A stretch of DNA of 44,402 bases from Anaerolineales bacterium (GCA_018263655.1 JAANWY010000164.1:1-44402), one strand, 5' to 3'; positions 8,478-17,880 are shown, counted from the first letter of the stretch. The notes: generated by a model not told the origin, from the letters alone. A program made the numbers and translations.

Positions 8478-9581
8478 ATGCATCGTTCTCTATGGCGTGA
8501 TTTCGATTGGCTCTTACTGATCTTCACGCTTGTCATCATCGGGTTGGGCGTGGTGATGATCCACAGCGCCGATCCTTGGTCGAATAGTGCATGCCCTGGC
8601 ACGATACCGTGTGCAGGCCGGCAATTGCTGTACGCGTTGGTCGGGCTTGCAATCCTATTCGTCGTCGCTGCGATGGACTATCGCTTCCTGCGCAGCCTGG
8701 GCTGGCTCGCATATGCTGGTGCGGTTGGGCTGCTTGTAGCCGTACTCAGCATCGGCACCGTGTCGGGAGGAAGCCAGCGATGGCTAGACCTTGGTTTCTT
8801 GCCGGCGCAGCCCTCGGAGATCGTTAAGCTGCTGCTCGTCATCGCTTTGGCCAAGTACATGGCCGACATCGATATGCGCCGGCTTCGACACGTCGTGATA
8901 TCGTTGATCCTGACGGTCGTCCCGATGGCCCTCATCTATCAGCAGCCAGACCTGGGGACCGCGCTCAGTCTGATCTTCATCTGGCTGGTCATGGCCTTCG
9001 TTGCCGGCATGCGGGTATTCCATCTCAGCATGCTGGGACTGACTGCTGGCCTAGCACTGCCGTTGGCGTTGGCAAGCCTGGAAGGCTACATGCGAGATCG
9101 GATCGCCCTGTTCCTTGATCCGGCTCGTGATCCGCTGGGCAGTAGCTTCAGCGTCACCCAGGCGCTGATTGCTGTGGGTTCGGGTGGTTGGTTGGGGCGC
9201 GGCTATACCAGTGGCACTCAGAGTCAGCTTCGCTTCCTGCGGGTTCGTCACACGGACTTCATTTTTTCTGTGCTGGCCGAGGAATTGGGCTTCGTGGGAG
9301 CACTGATTCTCTTCGCCCTATTGGCGTCCTTGATCTTGCGGATCGTCCGCACCGCACATCTAGCCCGCGACGACTTCGGTCGGCTGGTTGCTGTGGGGAT
9401 CGCGACGGTCGTGCTGTTTCAGGCCTTCATCAACATCGGGGTCAACATTAACCTATTGCCGGCCACGGGGATGCCTTTACCCTTCTTCAGTTATGGTGGA
9501 AGCTCCCTCATGACACTGCTGATGGCGCTCGGCCTGGTGCAGAGCATCGTCATGCGCCGGCCCCGCGCCTTCGAGTTCTGA
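8478..9581 (+). CDS. rodA: SEDS-family peptidoglycan glycosyltransferase RodA (FtsW/RodA/SpoVE family)
   Basis: About 10 TM segments. Conserved SEDS motifs are QPSEIVKL, HTDFIFSVLAEELGF and LLPATGMPLPFFSYGGSS. Assigned as rodA rather than ftsW from its position in the mre/mrdA cluster. Confidence 0.88.
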   Translation: MHRSLWRDFDWLLLIFTLVIIGLGVVMIHSADPWSNSACPGTIPCAGRQLLYALVGLAILFVVAAMDYRFLRSLGWLAYAGAVGLLVAVLSIGTVSGGSQRWLDLGFLPAQPSEIVKLLLVIALAKYMADIDMRRLRHVVISLILTVVPMALIYQQPDLGTALSLIFIWLVMAFVAGMRVFHLSMLGLTAGLALPLALASLEGYMRDRIALFLDPARDPLGSSFSVTQALIAVGSGGWLGRGYTSGTQSQLRFLRVRHTDFIFSVLAEELGFVGALILFALLASLILRIVRTAHLARDDFGRLVAVGIATVVLFQAFINIGVNINLLPATGMPLPFFSYGGSSLMTLLMALGLVQSIVMRRPRAFEF

Positions 9582-9604
9582 CCTATCCAGAGGAGTAGAT
9601 CGCT

Positions 9605-10582
9605 ATGATAGAGAAGCCATCCCGTACTGGCAAAACCCGTACCCGTGACGTCGATCAAGATTTGTCCACCGCAGACCGCAAGGTCAGCTATGAAGAATTC
9701 TTTGAATGGGCTCCCGACAGCCGTATGGCTGAGTGGGTCAACGGAGAAATCATCATGCCATCCCCGCCTCGATTCGGGCACCAGGACATCAGCGATTTTC
9801 TCGCCGCCGTGTTACGCATCTACACCCAGGCCTTCGATGTGGGGCAGGTGATCAGTGCGCCCTTTCAGGTCAAGCCCGGGATTGACTTTCCGGGTCGTGA
9901 ACCGGACATCCTCTTCCTCGTCGCCCCTCACGGGCTGGAGGAGGACACGCCACGCCTGGAGCGTGCTCCGGATATGGCCGTTGAGATCATCTCGCCAGGG
10001 ACGGAAGGGACGGATCGGGAAGACAAGTTTCTAGAGTATGCCGCTGCGGGGGTGCGCGAGTATTGGCTGATCAATGGATTGGAGCAGTGGGCAGAGTTTT
10101 ATCGACTGGACGCGGCCGGCAAGTACGAGTTGGCTTTGTCTGGCAGCGCCGGGATGTTCCGCTCGGAAGTGATTGAAGGCTTCGTACTGGGGGTATCCTG
10201 GCTGTGGCAGGTACCGCGCCCGCGACCGGAGTTGGTGGTGCTGGAGATAGCGGGGGTGGACTATGCACGCGAGGTGCTGATGGCGGCGACCAGCGTGCTG
10301 CCGGCCAATGAACTGGCATCGGCTCTGCCCGCCGTGTTGACCGCCTTGCCGGCAGACGTCGTCGCCCAGACGCTGCCTGATGTGCTGACCGCCTTGCCCT
10401 CAGATATCGTCGCCCAGACGCTGCCTGATGTGCTGACCGCCTTGCCCTCAGATATCGTCGCCCAGACGCTGCCTGATGTACTGGAAACTTTGCCATTGGA
10501 GTTACTCGTAGACACTCTAGCTGAGCTTGGCACATCACTGCCGCCGTCAGAACGGGCCGAATTGCGTGACGCGCTTTCGTGA
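9605..10582 (+). CDS. Uma2-family (DUF820, PD-(D/E)XK) endonuclease with a repeat-containing C-terminal extension
   Basis: Core is ...EWVNGEIIMPSPPRFGHQDI...PDILFL...APDMAVEIISPGTEGTDREDKFLEYAAAGVREYWLI. The C-terminal approximately 90 aa is a tandem 16-aa repeat. Confidence 0.85.
   Translation: MIEKPSRTGKTRTRDVDQDLSTADRKVSYEEFFEWAPDSRMAEWVNGEIIMPSPPRFGHQDISDFLAAVLRIYTQAFDVGQVISAPFQVKPGIDFPGREPDILFLVAPHGLEEDTPRLERAPDMAVEIISPGTEGTDREDKFLEYAAAGVREYWLINGLEQWAEFYRLDAAGKYELALSGSAGMFRSEVIEGFVLGVSWLWQVPRPRPELVVLEIAGVDYAREVLMAATSVLPANELASALPAVLTALPADVVAQTLPDVLTALPSDIVAQTLPDVLTALPSDIVAQTLPDVLETLPLELLVDTLAELGTSLPPSERAELRDALS
10322..10513 (+). repeat. tandem 48-bp (16-codon) repeat inside the Uma2-family gene
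   Basis: Two identical units acgctgcctgatgtgctgaccgccttgccctcagatatcgtcgcccag lie at 10370-10417 and 10418-10465, flanked by degenerate units. Encodes (T)LPDVLTALPSDIVAQ. Confidence 0.9.
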
Positions 10583-10611
10583 CCGTGTATAATAATCCGG
10601 GAGTTGATTCA

Positions 10612-12144
10612 ATGACCAAGGTTTCTGCCGAGCCCAGACGAAGGGGGCATCCTGAGTCCAACCGAAGGGTTCGTGTCCGTTTTGCCCCAAGTCCGACAGG
10701 TTGGTTGCACGTCGGCAATGCGCGCACCGCGTTGTTCAACTGGCTGTATGTGCGCCACACCGATGGCGACTTCATTCTGCGCATCGAGGATACCGACCAG
10801 AAACGGTTGGTGCCCGGTGCACTGGGAGATATCAAGTCTGGGTTGCGCTGGCTCGGGCTGGGCTGGGATGAAGGACCAGACGCCGGCGGCGATTATGGAC
10901 CCTACGCTCAGTCGGAACGATTGGGCATCTATCAGGAGCACATCGAGAAGCTGCTTGACAGCGGCTATGCCTACAAGTGCTACTGCAGCTCAGAGAGGCT
11001 GGAGCGAGTTCGCCAGGAGAAACAGGCCCGTGGGGAATCGCCTGGCTATGATCGGCAATGCCGAAATCTGAGCGCGGAGGAGCGCGCGGCTTTTGAGGCC
11101 GAGGGAATCACACCCGTGTTCCGCCTCAAGATGCCGCTGGAGGGCCAAATCTCCTTCGAGGATGTGATCCGAGGCGAGATTTCCTTCGACTTCGACGATC
11201 TGGAAGACATTGTGCTGCTGAAGTCCGACGGTTACCCCACGTACCATTTCGCCAACGTGGTAGATGACCATCTGATGGAGATTTCCCACATCATGCGCGG
11301 TGACGAGTGGATTTCCAGCGTGCCACCGCACTTAGTAATGTATGAGGCCTTCGGCTGGAAACCGCCGATTTTCGCACATCTGCCGATGATCCTTGACCCC
11401 AGCGGAGAGGGTAAGCTGTCGAAGCGCAAAGGGTCTGGTCAGATGACGGAGATTCGTGAGTTCCGCACTGCCGGCTACCTCCCCGAGGCGCTCTTCAATT
11501 TCTTCGCGCGCCTGGGTTGGGCTTACAGTGGTGATCAGGACGTGTTCAGCCGCGAGCAAGCCATTGAGCGCTTTGACATCACTGATGTGCGGCCATCGCC
11601 CTCAGCCTTCGCCTATGACAAGTTGAACTGGATGAACGGCGTGTACATCCGCGATCTGCCGGCCGATGTGCTGGCCGGCCACCTGACGGCGTTCCTGCGT
11701 GACAAAGGCTTCGACGTTGACCCAGACTTCACGCGTCGGGTCGTGCCCCTCATTCAGCAGCGGATCCAAACACTGGGTGAGGCCATCGACTGGATAGACT
11801 TCTTCTTCGCAGACGAGGTGCAGCCTGATCCGGCCGAGCTGCCCGGCAAGAAGATGGACGAGACTCAGACGGCCGAGGCCTTGGCGGCGGCCTACGATGT
11901 GCTGGCTGAGCTTGAGCCGTTTGAGCAAGACGCTATCAACTCGGCGCTCCGGGCCAAGGCTGAAGATCTTGGTCTGAAGGCCGGCCAGTTCTTCCAGCCG
12001 ATTCGCATTGCCGTCACAGGCAAGCGCGTCGCTCCGCCGCTCTTCGGCACGCTGGAGTTGGTGGGCAAAGAGACAGTTCTAGAACGACTCGAAGCTGCGC
12101 AGAAGTTGCTGTTGCAGACTACGATGTTGGAACAGGAAGAATAG
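10612..12144 (+). CDS. gltX: glutamate--tRNA ligase
   Basis: Class I signatures PSPTGWLHVGNART (HIGH-type) and KLSKR (KMSKS-type), with full-length GluRS architecture. ATG 10612 is preferred over GTG 10579. Confidence 0.95.
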   Translation: MTKVSAEPRRRGHPESNRRVRVRFAPSPTGWLHVGNARTALFNWLYVRHTDGDFILRIEDTDQKRLVPGALGDIKSGLRWLGLGWDEGPDAGGDYGPYAQSERLGIYQEHIEKLLDSGYAYKCYCSSERLERVRQEKQARGESPGYDRQCRNLSAEERAAFEAEGITPVFRLKMPLEGQISFEDVIRGEISFDFDDLEDIVLLKSDGYPTYHFANVVDDHLMEISHIMRGDEWISSVPPHLVMYEAFGWKPPIFAHLPMILDPSGEGKLSKRKGSGQMTEIREFRTAGYLPEALFNFFARLGWAYSGDQDVFSREQAIERFDITDVRPSPSAFAYDKLNWMNGVYIRDLPADVLAGHLTAFLRDKGFDVDPDFTRRVVPLIQQRIQTLGEAIDWIDFFFADEVQPDPAELPGKKMDETQTAEALAAAYDVLAELEPFEQDAINSALRAKAEDLGLKAGQFFQPIRIAVTGKRVAPPLFGTLELVGKETVLERLEAAQKLLLQTTMLEQEE

Positions 12145-12218
12145 AGGGAAAAGCGGAAAAGGGAAAACAGGTTTCCTCATTCTTCCACCTTTCCTTTTTC
12201 TTCTTTCCGGCTTTCACG

Positions 12219-12833
12219 ATGACGTACTTGCTACTTGGCCTCACGCTTGGGTTTGGCGCCGGCATCAGCCCCGGCCCCATGATGGCGCTGGTGGTGACCA
12301 CCTCGCTACGCAAGGGCCTGGATGGCGGCCTTCGCGTCGCTCTCGCCCCCCTGATCACTGACTTACCCATCATTTTGCTGACGCTCTTCGTCCTGGAGCG
12401 AGTGCCGGACTGGACCCTGAGCGTCCTGGCGACGGTTGGCGGCCTGGTCGTGATTTACATCGGGGTCGAGATTCTTCGTTCGGCCCGTACCGCTACCTTG
12501 GGTGGGGAAACCTCTGACGACGTGAGTAACGTGAACAGTGAGCTATGGCGAGGCGTGCTCGTCAACGCACTGAATCCCAACCCCTACATCTTCTGGGTTA
12601 CGGTCGGTGGGCCGACACTCCTGGCCGGCTGGCATGAGTCGAACGTTTACCCCTTCGCCTTCTTGGCCAGCTTCTACACGTTTCTGATTGGCTCAAAGGC
12701 CGTGGTTGCCTGGGTCATCGACAATCGGGCGGAGAATCTCTCACTGGTGTGGTATCGCCGCATATTGGTGATATGTGGCTTGGGTATGATCGGCCTCGGA
12801 CTGGCGCTCATCGCCGGCTTCCACGCGACATGA
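12219..12833 (+). CDS. LysE/RhtB-family amino-acid exporter
   Basis: 204 aa with 6 TM segments. The N-terminal GxxxGxxPGP motif (GFGAGISPGPMM) is typical of the LysE superfamily. Confidence 0.8.
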   Translation: MTYLLLGLTLGFGAGISPGPMMALVVTTSLRKGLDGGLRVALAPLITDLPIILLTLFVLERVPDWTLSVLATVGGLVVIYIGVEILRSARTATLGGETSDDVSNVNSELWRGVLVNALNPNPYIFWVTVGGPTLLAGWHESNVYPFAFLASFYTFLIGSKAVVAWVIDNRAENLSLVWYRRILVICGLGMIGLGLALIAGFHAT

Positions 12834-14008
12834 CGGTGCTCTTCCGATCTCGCGCGGCTTCAGGCGAATCGGCGCTGGGGACGCTCAGCGTCATCCTCTT
12901 TTCCCGCACAATCCTAAACAGCAGCTATCGGATTATTTACCCGTTCCTGCCGGCCATCAGCCGCGGCCTCGGCGTCTCGCTGACGGCCGTCAGTCTGCTG
13001 ATCACTGTCCGTTCCTTCGTCGGCCTCAGCAGCCCGCTCTTCGGGCCGGTCTCCGACCGGTATGGCCGGCGTGTCATGATGCTCAGCGGCCTGGCACTGA
13101 TGGTGGCGGGCGCCTTACTGCTGGCCGGCGCGCCTTTGTACCAAGTCGCCCTCCTCGCCTTTGCGCTGTTTGGCATCGCAAAGGCCATCTACGATCCGGC
13201 GCTGCAAGCGTACGTCGGCGATTGGATACCCTACCACCGGAGAGGGCGCGTCATGGGCATCATCGAGTTTTCGTGGGCAGCCGCGTGGTTGCTGGGTGTA
13301 CCGGTGGCCGGCTACCTCATCGAATTTCAAGGTTGGCAAGCGCCGTTCGTCGTCATTGCCGTCTTGGGCTTGCTGAGCATCTTTCTCACTCGTCGACTCC
13401 CCAGCCCTGATCGTGAAGACGACGGCCGCGTCGACCTCCATTGGCGAGCCTTGCTCAGCGATCGCAACGCCCTGGGCGCCCTGATTATGAGCGGGTTGAT
13501 GGTGTTCGCTAACGAGAACATCTTCGTGGTCTACGGCGCCTGGATGGAGTCGACCTTTGGGCTCAGTGTGAGTGGCCTCGGGTTGGCCTCGATTGTAATT
13601 GGGGGTTCCGAGATCGTCGCTGAGGGATCGATGGCCGCTTTCGTGGATCGCATTGGCAAGAAGCGGGCGGTGGCCGGCGGGATGTTGCTGACAGCCGGGG
13701 CTTATCTGCTGTTGCCGGCCATGACGCGCAGTCTGGCCGTAGCAATGGTTGGGCTGGCTGTCGTTTTTGTCGCCTTCGAGTTTACCATCGTGTCTTCGCT
13801 ACCGCTGGTGTCGGAGCTGACGCCGGCCACGCGAGGGACGCTGATGGCACTGAACGTAGCCGCGCTCTCTGGAGGTCGGATGCTGGGGTCGGTCACTGCG
13901 ACGCCGCTGTGGCTTCACGGAGGGATGGTGCTGAACGGCGTCGTTTCGGCCGGCGCGGCCTTGGCGTCGCTGACAGTGCTTGTAGTTTGGATCCGTGAGG
14001 GAGGGTAG
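12830..14008 (+). CDS. MFS transporter
   Basis: About 12 TM segments. The loop 2-3 motif GPVSDRYGRRVMM is typical of the MFS. ATGA overlap with the preceding stop. The first 27 codons of the listed ORF overlap the LysE gene and are discarded. Confidence 0.82.
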   Translation: MTVLFRSRAASGESALGTLSVILFSRTILNSSYRIIYPFLPAISRGLGVSLTAVSLLITVRSFVGLSSPLFGPVSDRYGRRVMMLSGLALMVAGALLLAGAPLYQVALLAFALFGIAKAIYDPALQAYVGDWIPYHRRGRVMGIIEFSWAAAWLLGVPVAGYLIEFQGWQAPFVVIAVLGLLSIFLTRRLPSPDREDDGRVDLHWRALLSDRNALGALIMSGLMVFANENIFVVYGAWMESTFGLSVSGLGLASIVIGGSEIVAEGSMAAFVDRIGKKRAVAGGMLLTAGAYLLLPAMTRSLAVAMVGLAVVFVAFEFTIVSSLPLVSELTPATRGTLMALNVAALSGGRMLGSVTATPLWLHGGMVLNGVVSAGAALASLTVLVVWIREGG

Positions 14009-14045
14009 GTGCGGATTGGCGCTGAGCTGGTTCTAACGGACCGAC

Positions 14046-15670
14046 GTGACGGTCCATGATCGGATCGACATTGCGCGCCGCTACTTCGAGCCCGACCGAG
14101 CGTGGGGCGAAGTGGTGAGTATGGCCGAAGAGTATGGCCTGAGCCGCACATCGATCTACGACATTGCTGTGCGGGTGGGGGTACTGTTCGAGCCGCGGGT
14201 GTCAGGTCCGGTGCCCTGCCTCAAGAACATACTCCCGTGTGTCGTCCAGCCCCCGGCCACCGGCTCAGAAGAGACGCTGTCGCCGGAACAGGCCGTCACG
14301 CTGTTACACCGTCTGATCCTGACCGCCGTTTTCCCTGGCGGCGTGACCATGCGCCCACTGGAGGAGATTCTGAAAGAAGCGCCCCTCCCCGGCCGCTCAG
14401 CGCCGACCATCTGGCGCATCGTCAGCCAAGCGGGAGACACAGCTAGCCACATTCTGAGCCAGGTCAACTATGGGTGGTGTCCCACCTACGACGTCGCTCT
14501 CCCTCGGGTGCTGGTGGCCATCGACGAGACCTTCTTCGATGGGCATCCAATCTTGTTCGTGGTGGAACCGGTCTCGCTGAGCATCTGCGATTTCTACGTG
14601 TCCCCCGACGGCGACCACGCGAGCGAGACGTGGGAGCCCTTGCTCTTGCTGCTGCAAGAAGACCATCACTTGCCCCTCTACGGTGGCCTGGGCGACGGGG
14701 CCAAGGCCTACCCGGGCACCATCCAGGAGATTGTGGAAGAGGCCAAGCGCTTCTCCGAAGACGTCTTTCATACCCTCCTTGACCTGGGAACCCTGCGCCG
14801 CAAGCTGGAAAACAGCGCTTATCGTGCCTTCCGCGCCGAATACCAGGCCGCCCGGCAGGTGGAAAAGGAAGACACCCCCGAAAATCAAGCCAAACTCCGC
14901 CAGGCTAGGGAAGAGTCCCTGCGCCAGGCCGAATTGCACGACGCCTTCGAGGCGTACACCGGTTGGGTGGCCTGTCTGCCTTCGCACAGGCAGGCCGATG
15001 CTTTCCAGATGGTGGACTTGCGCAGTGGTGAGGTGTGCGACCGCGAGATCAACGCCTGGCTGATGGACGCCGCCATCGAGGAGATGGCCCAACTAGATCA
15101 CCCCGACGTGGTCAAAATGAGTGAACGCCTGGCGCGGCACCAGAAGTACCTGTTGAATTATCTCGACTGGTTGGCCGAACACCTGACCCCGCTTCTGGCC
15201 GAGTTGCATCGCTATCTAGGTGACCCAGACCTGGAGAAGGCCGTCCTGCAAGCTGTTGCGCGAACGTGGCGACTGGAGCACGAAGTCAGGGGCATGCAAC
15301 GGCGCGCCTTCCGCTCGGCTTGGCAACGCGCCCAACAGGAACTGGCTATCTGGGTCGCCGGCGATGACGTCCTGGAACGGTGGAGTCGCCAAGTCCATGC
15401 CCTGCTGGAGTGGGTGCAGCGCACCAGTTCAGCGGCTGAGAACATCAACAGTATTCTCAAGCCCTTCCTGGCCCGCAAGAAGCACTTCGGCAGTGCAGAG
15501 AGCCTGTCCCATTTCGTGGCCCTCTTCGTCCAGGTCTCCGTAGGAGACACCATAATCTGCGGGTCTTCAAAGAAGGGAAGCGGGAGGGACACAGTCCCTT
15601 TGAGCTCTTGGGTATCGACCTGGGCGAGAAGGACTGGCGAACCTTGCTCGGTTACCCGCCCGTTCACTAA
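14046..15670 (+). pseudogene. DDE transposase (family not determined), apparently frameshifted near the 3' end
   Basis: N-terminal HTH (MAEEYGLSRTSIYDI). Candidate catalytic residues lie in VAIDETFF, GLGDGAKAY and SSAAENINSILK. After about 15530 the conserved-looking tail (HNLRVFKEGKREGHSPFELLGIDLGEKDWRTLLGYPP, stop 15668-15670) is in a different frame from the listed ORF, whose own tail is low-complexity. Confidence 0.7.
14969..14996. repeat. 28-nt REP-like hairpin embedded in the transposase reading frame
   Basis: ggcctgtctgccttcgcacaggcaggcc. An inverted copy with 1 mismatch lies at 17235-17262. A second shared 19-mer, gggtggtgtcccacctacg, lies at 14472-14490 and 17354-17372. Confidence 0.7.
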
Positions 15671-15830
15671 GCCGACAACCGGCTTGTCAGCGCTCGCCCC
15701 TCTCTCAACTCGGGCTTCTCCGAGGCGTTCGCCCCTGCGTTCAGCCTGGAAAATGGCTATTTTGTTGTGAAAGTGTCAACCGAACTCTGCCCCAATTTAC
15801 GGGGCTTGAAACGATGCCAGAAAGAGTCAT

Positions 15831-15860
15831 TTGCTTGACAGCAGACCTTCTGACTATAAT
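15831..15860 (+). promoter_or_regulatory. candidate promoter for the FemAB-family gene
   Basis: TTGCTT (15831-15836), 18-nt spacer, TATAAT (15855-15860). The overlapping TTGACA at 15835-15840 would give only a 14-nt spacer. Confidence 0.35.
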
Positions 15861-15896
15861 TTGGCCAGCTCAGATGGCTGATCGAGATTGTACATA

Positions 15897-16943
15897 ATGC
15901 ATTTTCATTTGTCAACCAACGCAGAGAATAGTGATTGGGACACCTTCACAGCCTACTCCCCCTGGGGCCACCTGCTTCAGTCTTCCTCCTGGGGCCAATT
16001 CAAGTCCGAAACCGGATGGGAGATGCTCCGTATCGCCGGCCGCACCGACGAGGGCGTTGCCTGCGGTGCCCAGATGCTGCTGCGATCAACACCCGGTGGA
16101 GCCGTAGCCTACGTTCCACGCGGCCCCATCGTCGCGCCAGACGCCGACGTCCTGTCAGCCCTCTTGGAAGCGCTGACCGACACCGCACGCGACCGAGGCG
16201 CCGTCTTCCTCAAAATCGAACCCGACTGGCCCGACGACGCGACACCTGCCGGCCAGCTCGAAGCACTCGGTTTCCAACCCAGCGACCAGACGATTCAACC
16301 GTGCTCCACCATCGTCCTGAACTTGCGGCCAGACGAAGACGACATCCTGATGGGGATGAAGTCCAAGTGGCGGTACAACATCCGGCTGGCCGGCCGCAAG
16401 GACGTCCAAGTGCGTTGCGCCACGGAAGACGACATGCCGGCCTTCTACAACCTCATGGAGACGACCAGCGACCGCAACGAGTTCGCTATTCACGAACGTG
16501 GCTACTACGCAACCGCCTGGCAGTACTTCCACCCACAGGGGCTAGCCGAACTGTTCCTGGCCTACTACGCAGATGAGTTACTGGCCGGCCTCATGGCCTT
16601 CCGTTTCGGCGACACGGCCTACTACCTGTACGGTGCATCGTCGAACCAACACCGCAACCGCATGCCCAACCACTTGCTCCAGTGGCGCGCCATCCAGTGG
16701 GCGAAGCAAAACGGCTGCACCCAATACGACTTCTGGGGCATCCCCGACGCCGTGGGCGAGGCCATCGCGCGCGGCGACGACGTCGAAAATAAGCGCGGCG
16801 GCATGTGGGGCGTCTACCGCTTCAAGCGCGGCTTCGGCGGTGACGTCGCACGTACCGCCGGCGCCTTCGACCGTGTGTTCAAGCCGGCGCACTATTGGGT
16901 GGGGACGCGGGTGTGGCCACGCGTGCGACAGTGGGTCGCTTAA
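15897..16943 (+). CDS. FemAB-family peptidoglycan interpeptide-bridge aminoacyltransferase (lipid II:amino acid transferase type)
   Basis: The N-terminal ...WDTF....SPWGHLLQSSSWGQFK... and C-terminal GASSNQHRNRMPNHLLQWRAIQWAKQNGCTQYDFWGI segments are characteristic of FemX/FemAB GNAT-fold proteins. The ORF opens with TTG 15888, and ATG 15897 is preferred. Confidence 0.82.
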   Translation: MHFHLSTNAENSDWDTFTAYSPWGHLLQSSSWGQFKSETGWEMLRIAGRTDEGVACGAQMLLRSTPGGAVAYVPRGPIVAPDADVLSALLEALTDTARDRGAVFLKIEPDWPDDATPAGQLEALGFQPSDQTIQPCSTIVLNLRPDEDDILMGMKSKWRYNIRLAGRKDVQVRCATEDDMPAFYNLMETTSDRNEFAIHERGYYATAWQYFHPQGLAELFLAYYADELLAGLMAFRFGDTAYYLYGASSNQHRNRMPNHLLQWRAIQWAKQNGCTQYDFWGIPDAVGEAIARGDDVENKRGGMWGVYRFKRGFGGDVARTAGAFDRVFKPAHYWVGTRVWPRVRQWVA

Positions 16944-17134
16944 TTGTGAATTGTGAATTGTGAATTCTTAATTGTGAACGGGTTTGCGGGGGAGAAGCGC
17001 TATGGCTAAGGGCGATGATATTGAGGAAAGATTGATCGAGTTCGCTGCCGGATTATCAGCTCCAGCATAAAGACTACGAAACGCAGAAGAAAATAATTCA
17101 CAATTGCCAATTCATAATTCATAATTCACAATTC
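16941..17134. repeat. inverted low-complexity arms (aattgtgaatt words) flanking a gene stub
   Basis: Left arm is aattgtgaattgtgaattgtgaattcttaattgtgaa (16941-16977). Right arm is aattcacaattgccaattcataattcataattcacaatt (17095-17134). Confidence 0.7.
17002..17070 (+). pseudogene. 22-codon stub of a four-helix-bundle (23S rRNA intervening-sequence type) protein gene
   Basis: MAKGDDIEERLIEFAAG... resembles the N-terminus I recall for this family (about 120 aa when intact). Here it stops after 22 codons. Confidence 0.45.
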
Positions 17135-17234
17135 TCTTCCGCATGCCCAAACTAACCACAATCGAGATCACCGATCGCAACACCTGGAACATCGCCCTCA
17201 AGCAACCCCGACAACAGCTCGGCCGCCACTCGCC

Positions 17235-17262
17235 GGCCTGTCTGTGCGAAGGCAGACAGGCC
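17235..17262. repeat. 28-nt REP-like hairpin (perfect 10-bp stem), inverted copy of 14969-14996
   Basis: ggcctgtctg-tgcgaagg-cagacaggcc read directly. Confidence 0.7.
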
Positions 17263-17449
17263 GGCCAGAACTGCCGCGCTACATCCTCCGACAGGTCGCG
17301 CAACAGACGCCGGCCCTGGCTCACACGGTGCCAACGCCACACCACCGGATTGGGGGTGGTGTCCCACCTACGTGGTCATCCTCGGCCTCATCGGCCAGGC
17401 GGTGTCCTGAGCGACGTCCTGAGCTTGTCGAAGGGGGCCTGTCGAAGGG

Positions 17450-17694
17450 AACTCGAAGAAGCTGCTCAGGGTAGCCAAGCGGCGATTGACCGTGGCGGCG
17501 CTCAGACCTTGGGTCAGTTGCTCGATGACGAAGTGGCTCACATCGGACCGGGTGACCTGCCGGGGTGCTTTGTCGACCACCCGACCGAATTGCTCCAAAT
17601 CGTTTTGGTAGTGGACAGCGGTAGTACTCGTCGGGTGGCGCTGTTAGATATGTTCGATGAAACGCTGCATGGCTTGTGCAAAGTCTTGATTCAT
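17450..17694 (-). pseudogene. N-terminal remnant of a tyrosine recombinase/integrase (SAM-like core-binding domain only)
   Basis: The minus strand reads MNQDFAQAMQRFIEHI*QRHPTSTTAVHYQNDLEQFGRVVDKAPRQVTRSDVSHFVIEQLTQGLSAATVNRRLATLSSFFEF. It has an in-frame TAA after codon 16 and runs into the gtcctgagcttgtcgaaggg repeat. No catalytic domain follows. Confidence 0.6.
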
Positions 17695-17851
17695 TGCTGG
17701 CCCTCCTGGTTTCATTATGCCACAGGTGGTGACCAACTGTATGTAAGTCGAAGGGTTCGTGGCCTGTCTGCGTCTGCCTGTGCGTGCCTGTACGCTTCAC
17801 AAGTGATACAACTTGACATCCAAGTTATGGGGAAACACCAGGGTGCCGAAG

Positions 17852-17880
17852 TTGACAGGCGTAGGAAAATCAGCTATACT
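17852..17880 (+). promoter_or_regulatory. near-consensus sigma-70 promoter driving the FMN riboswitch
   Basis: TTGACA (17852-17857), 17-nt spacer, TATACT (17875-17880), about 30 nt upstream of the riboswitch P1. Confidence 0.6.

Noticed and set aside
10322-10513. Tandem 48-bp repeats considered as a CRISPR-like array
   Set aside because: The units are contiguous with no spacers, are in frame within the Uma2-family ORF, and no cas genes are present.
14009-15896. Terminal inverted repeats and target duplication for the transposase
   Set aside because: The only match is a 9-nt ctgagctgg between 14024-14032 and the complement of 15873-15881, which is insufficient to define IS ends.
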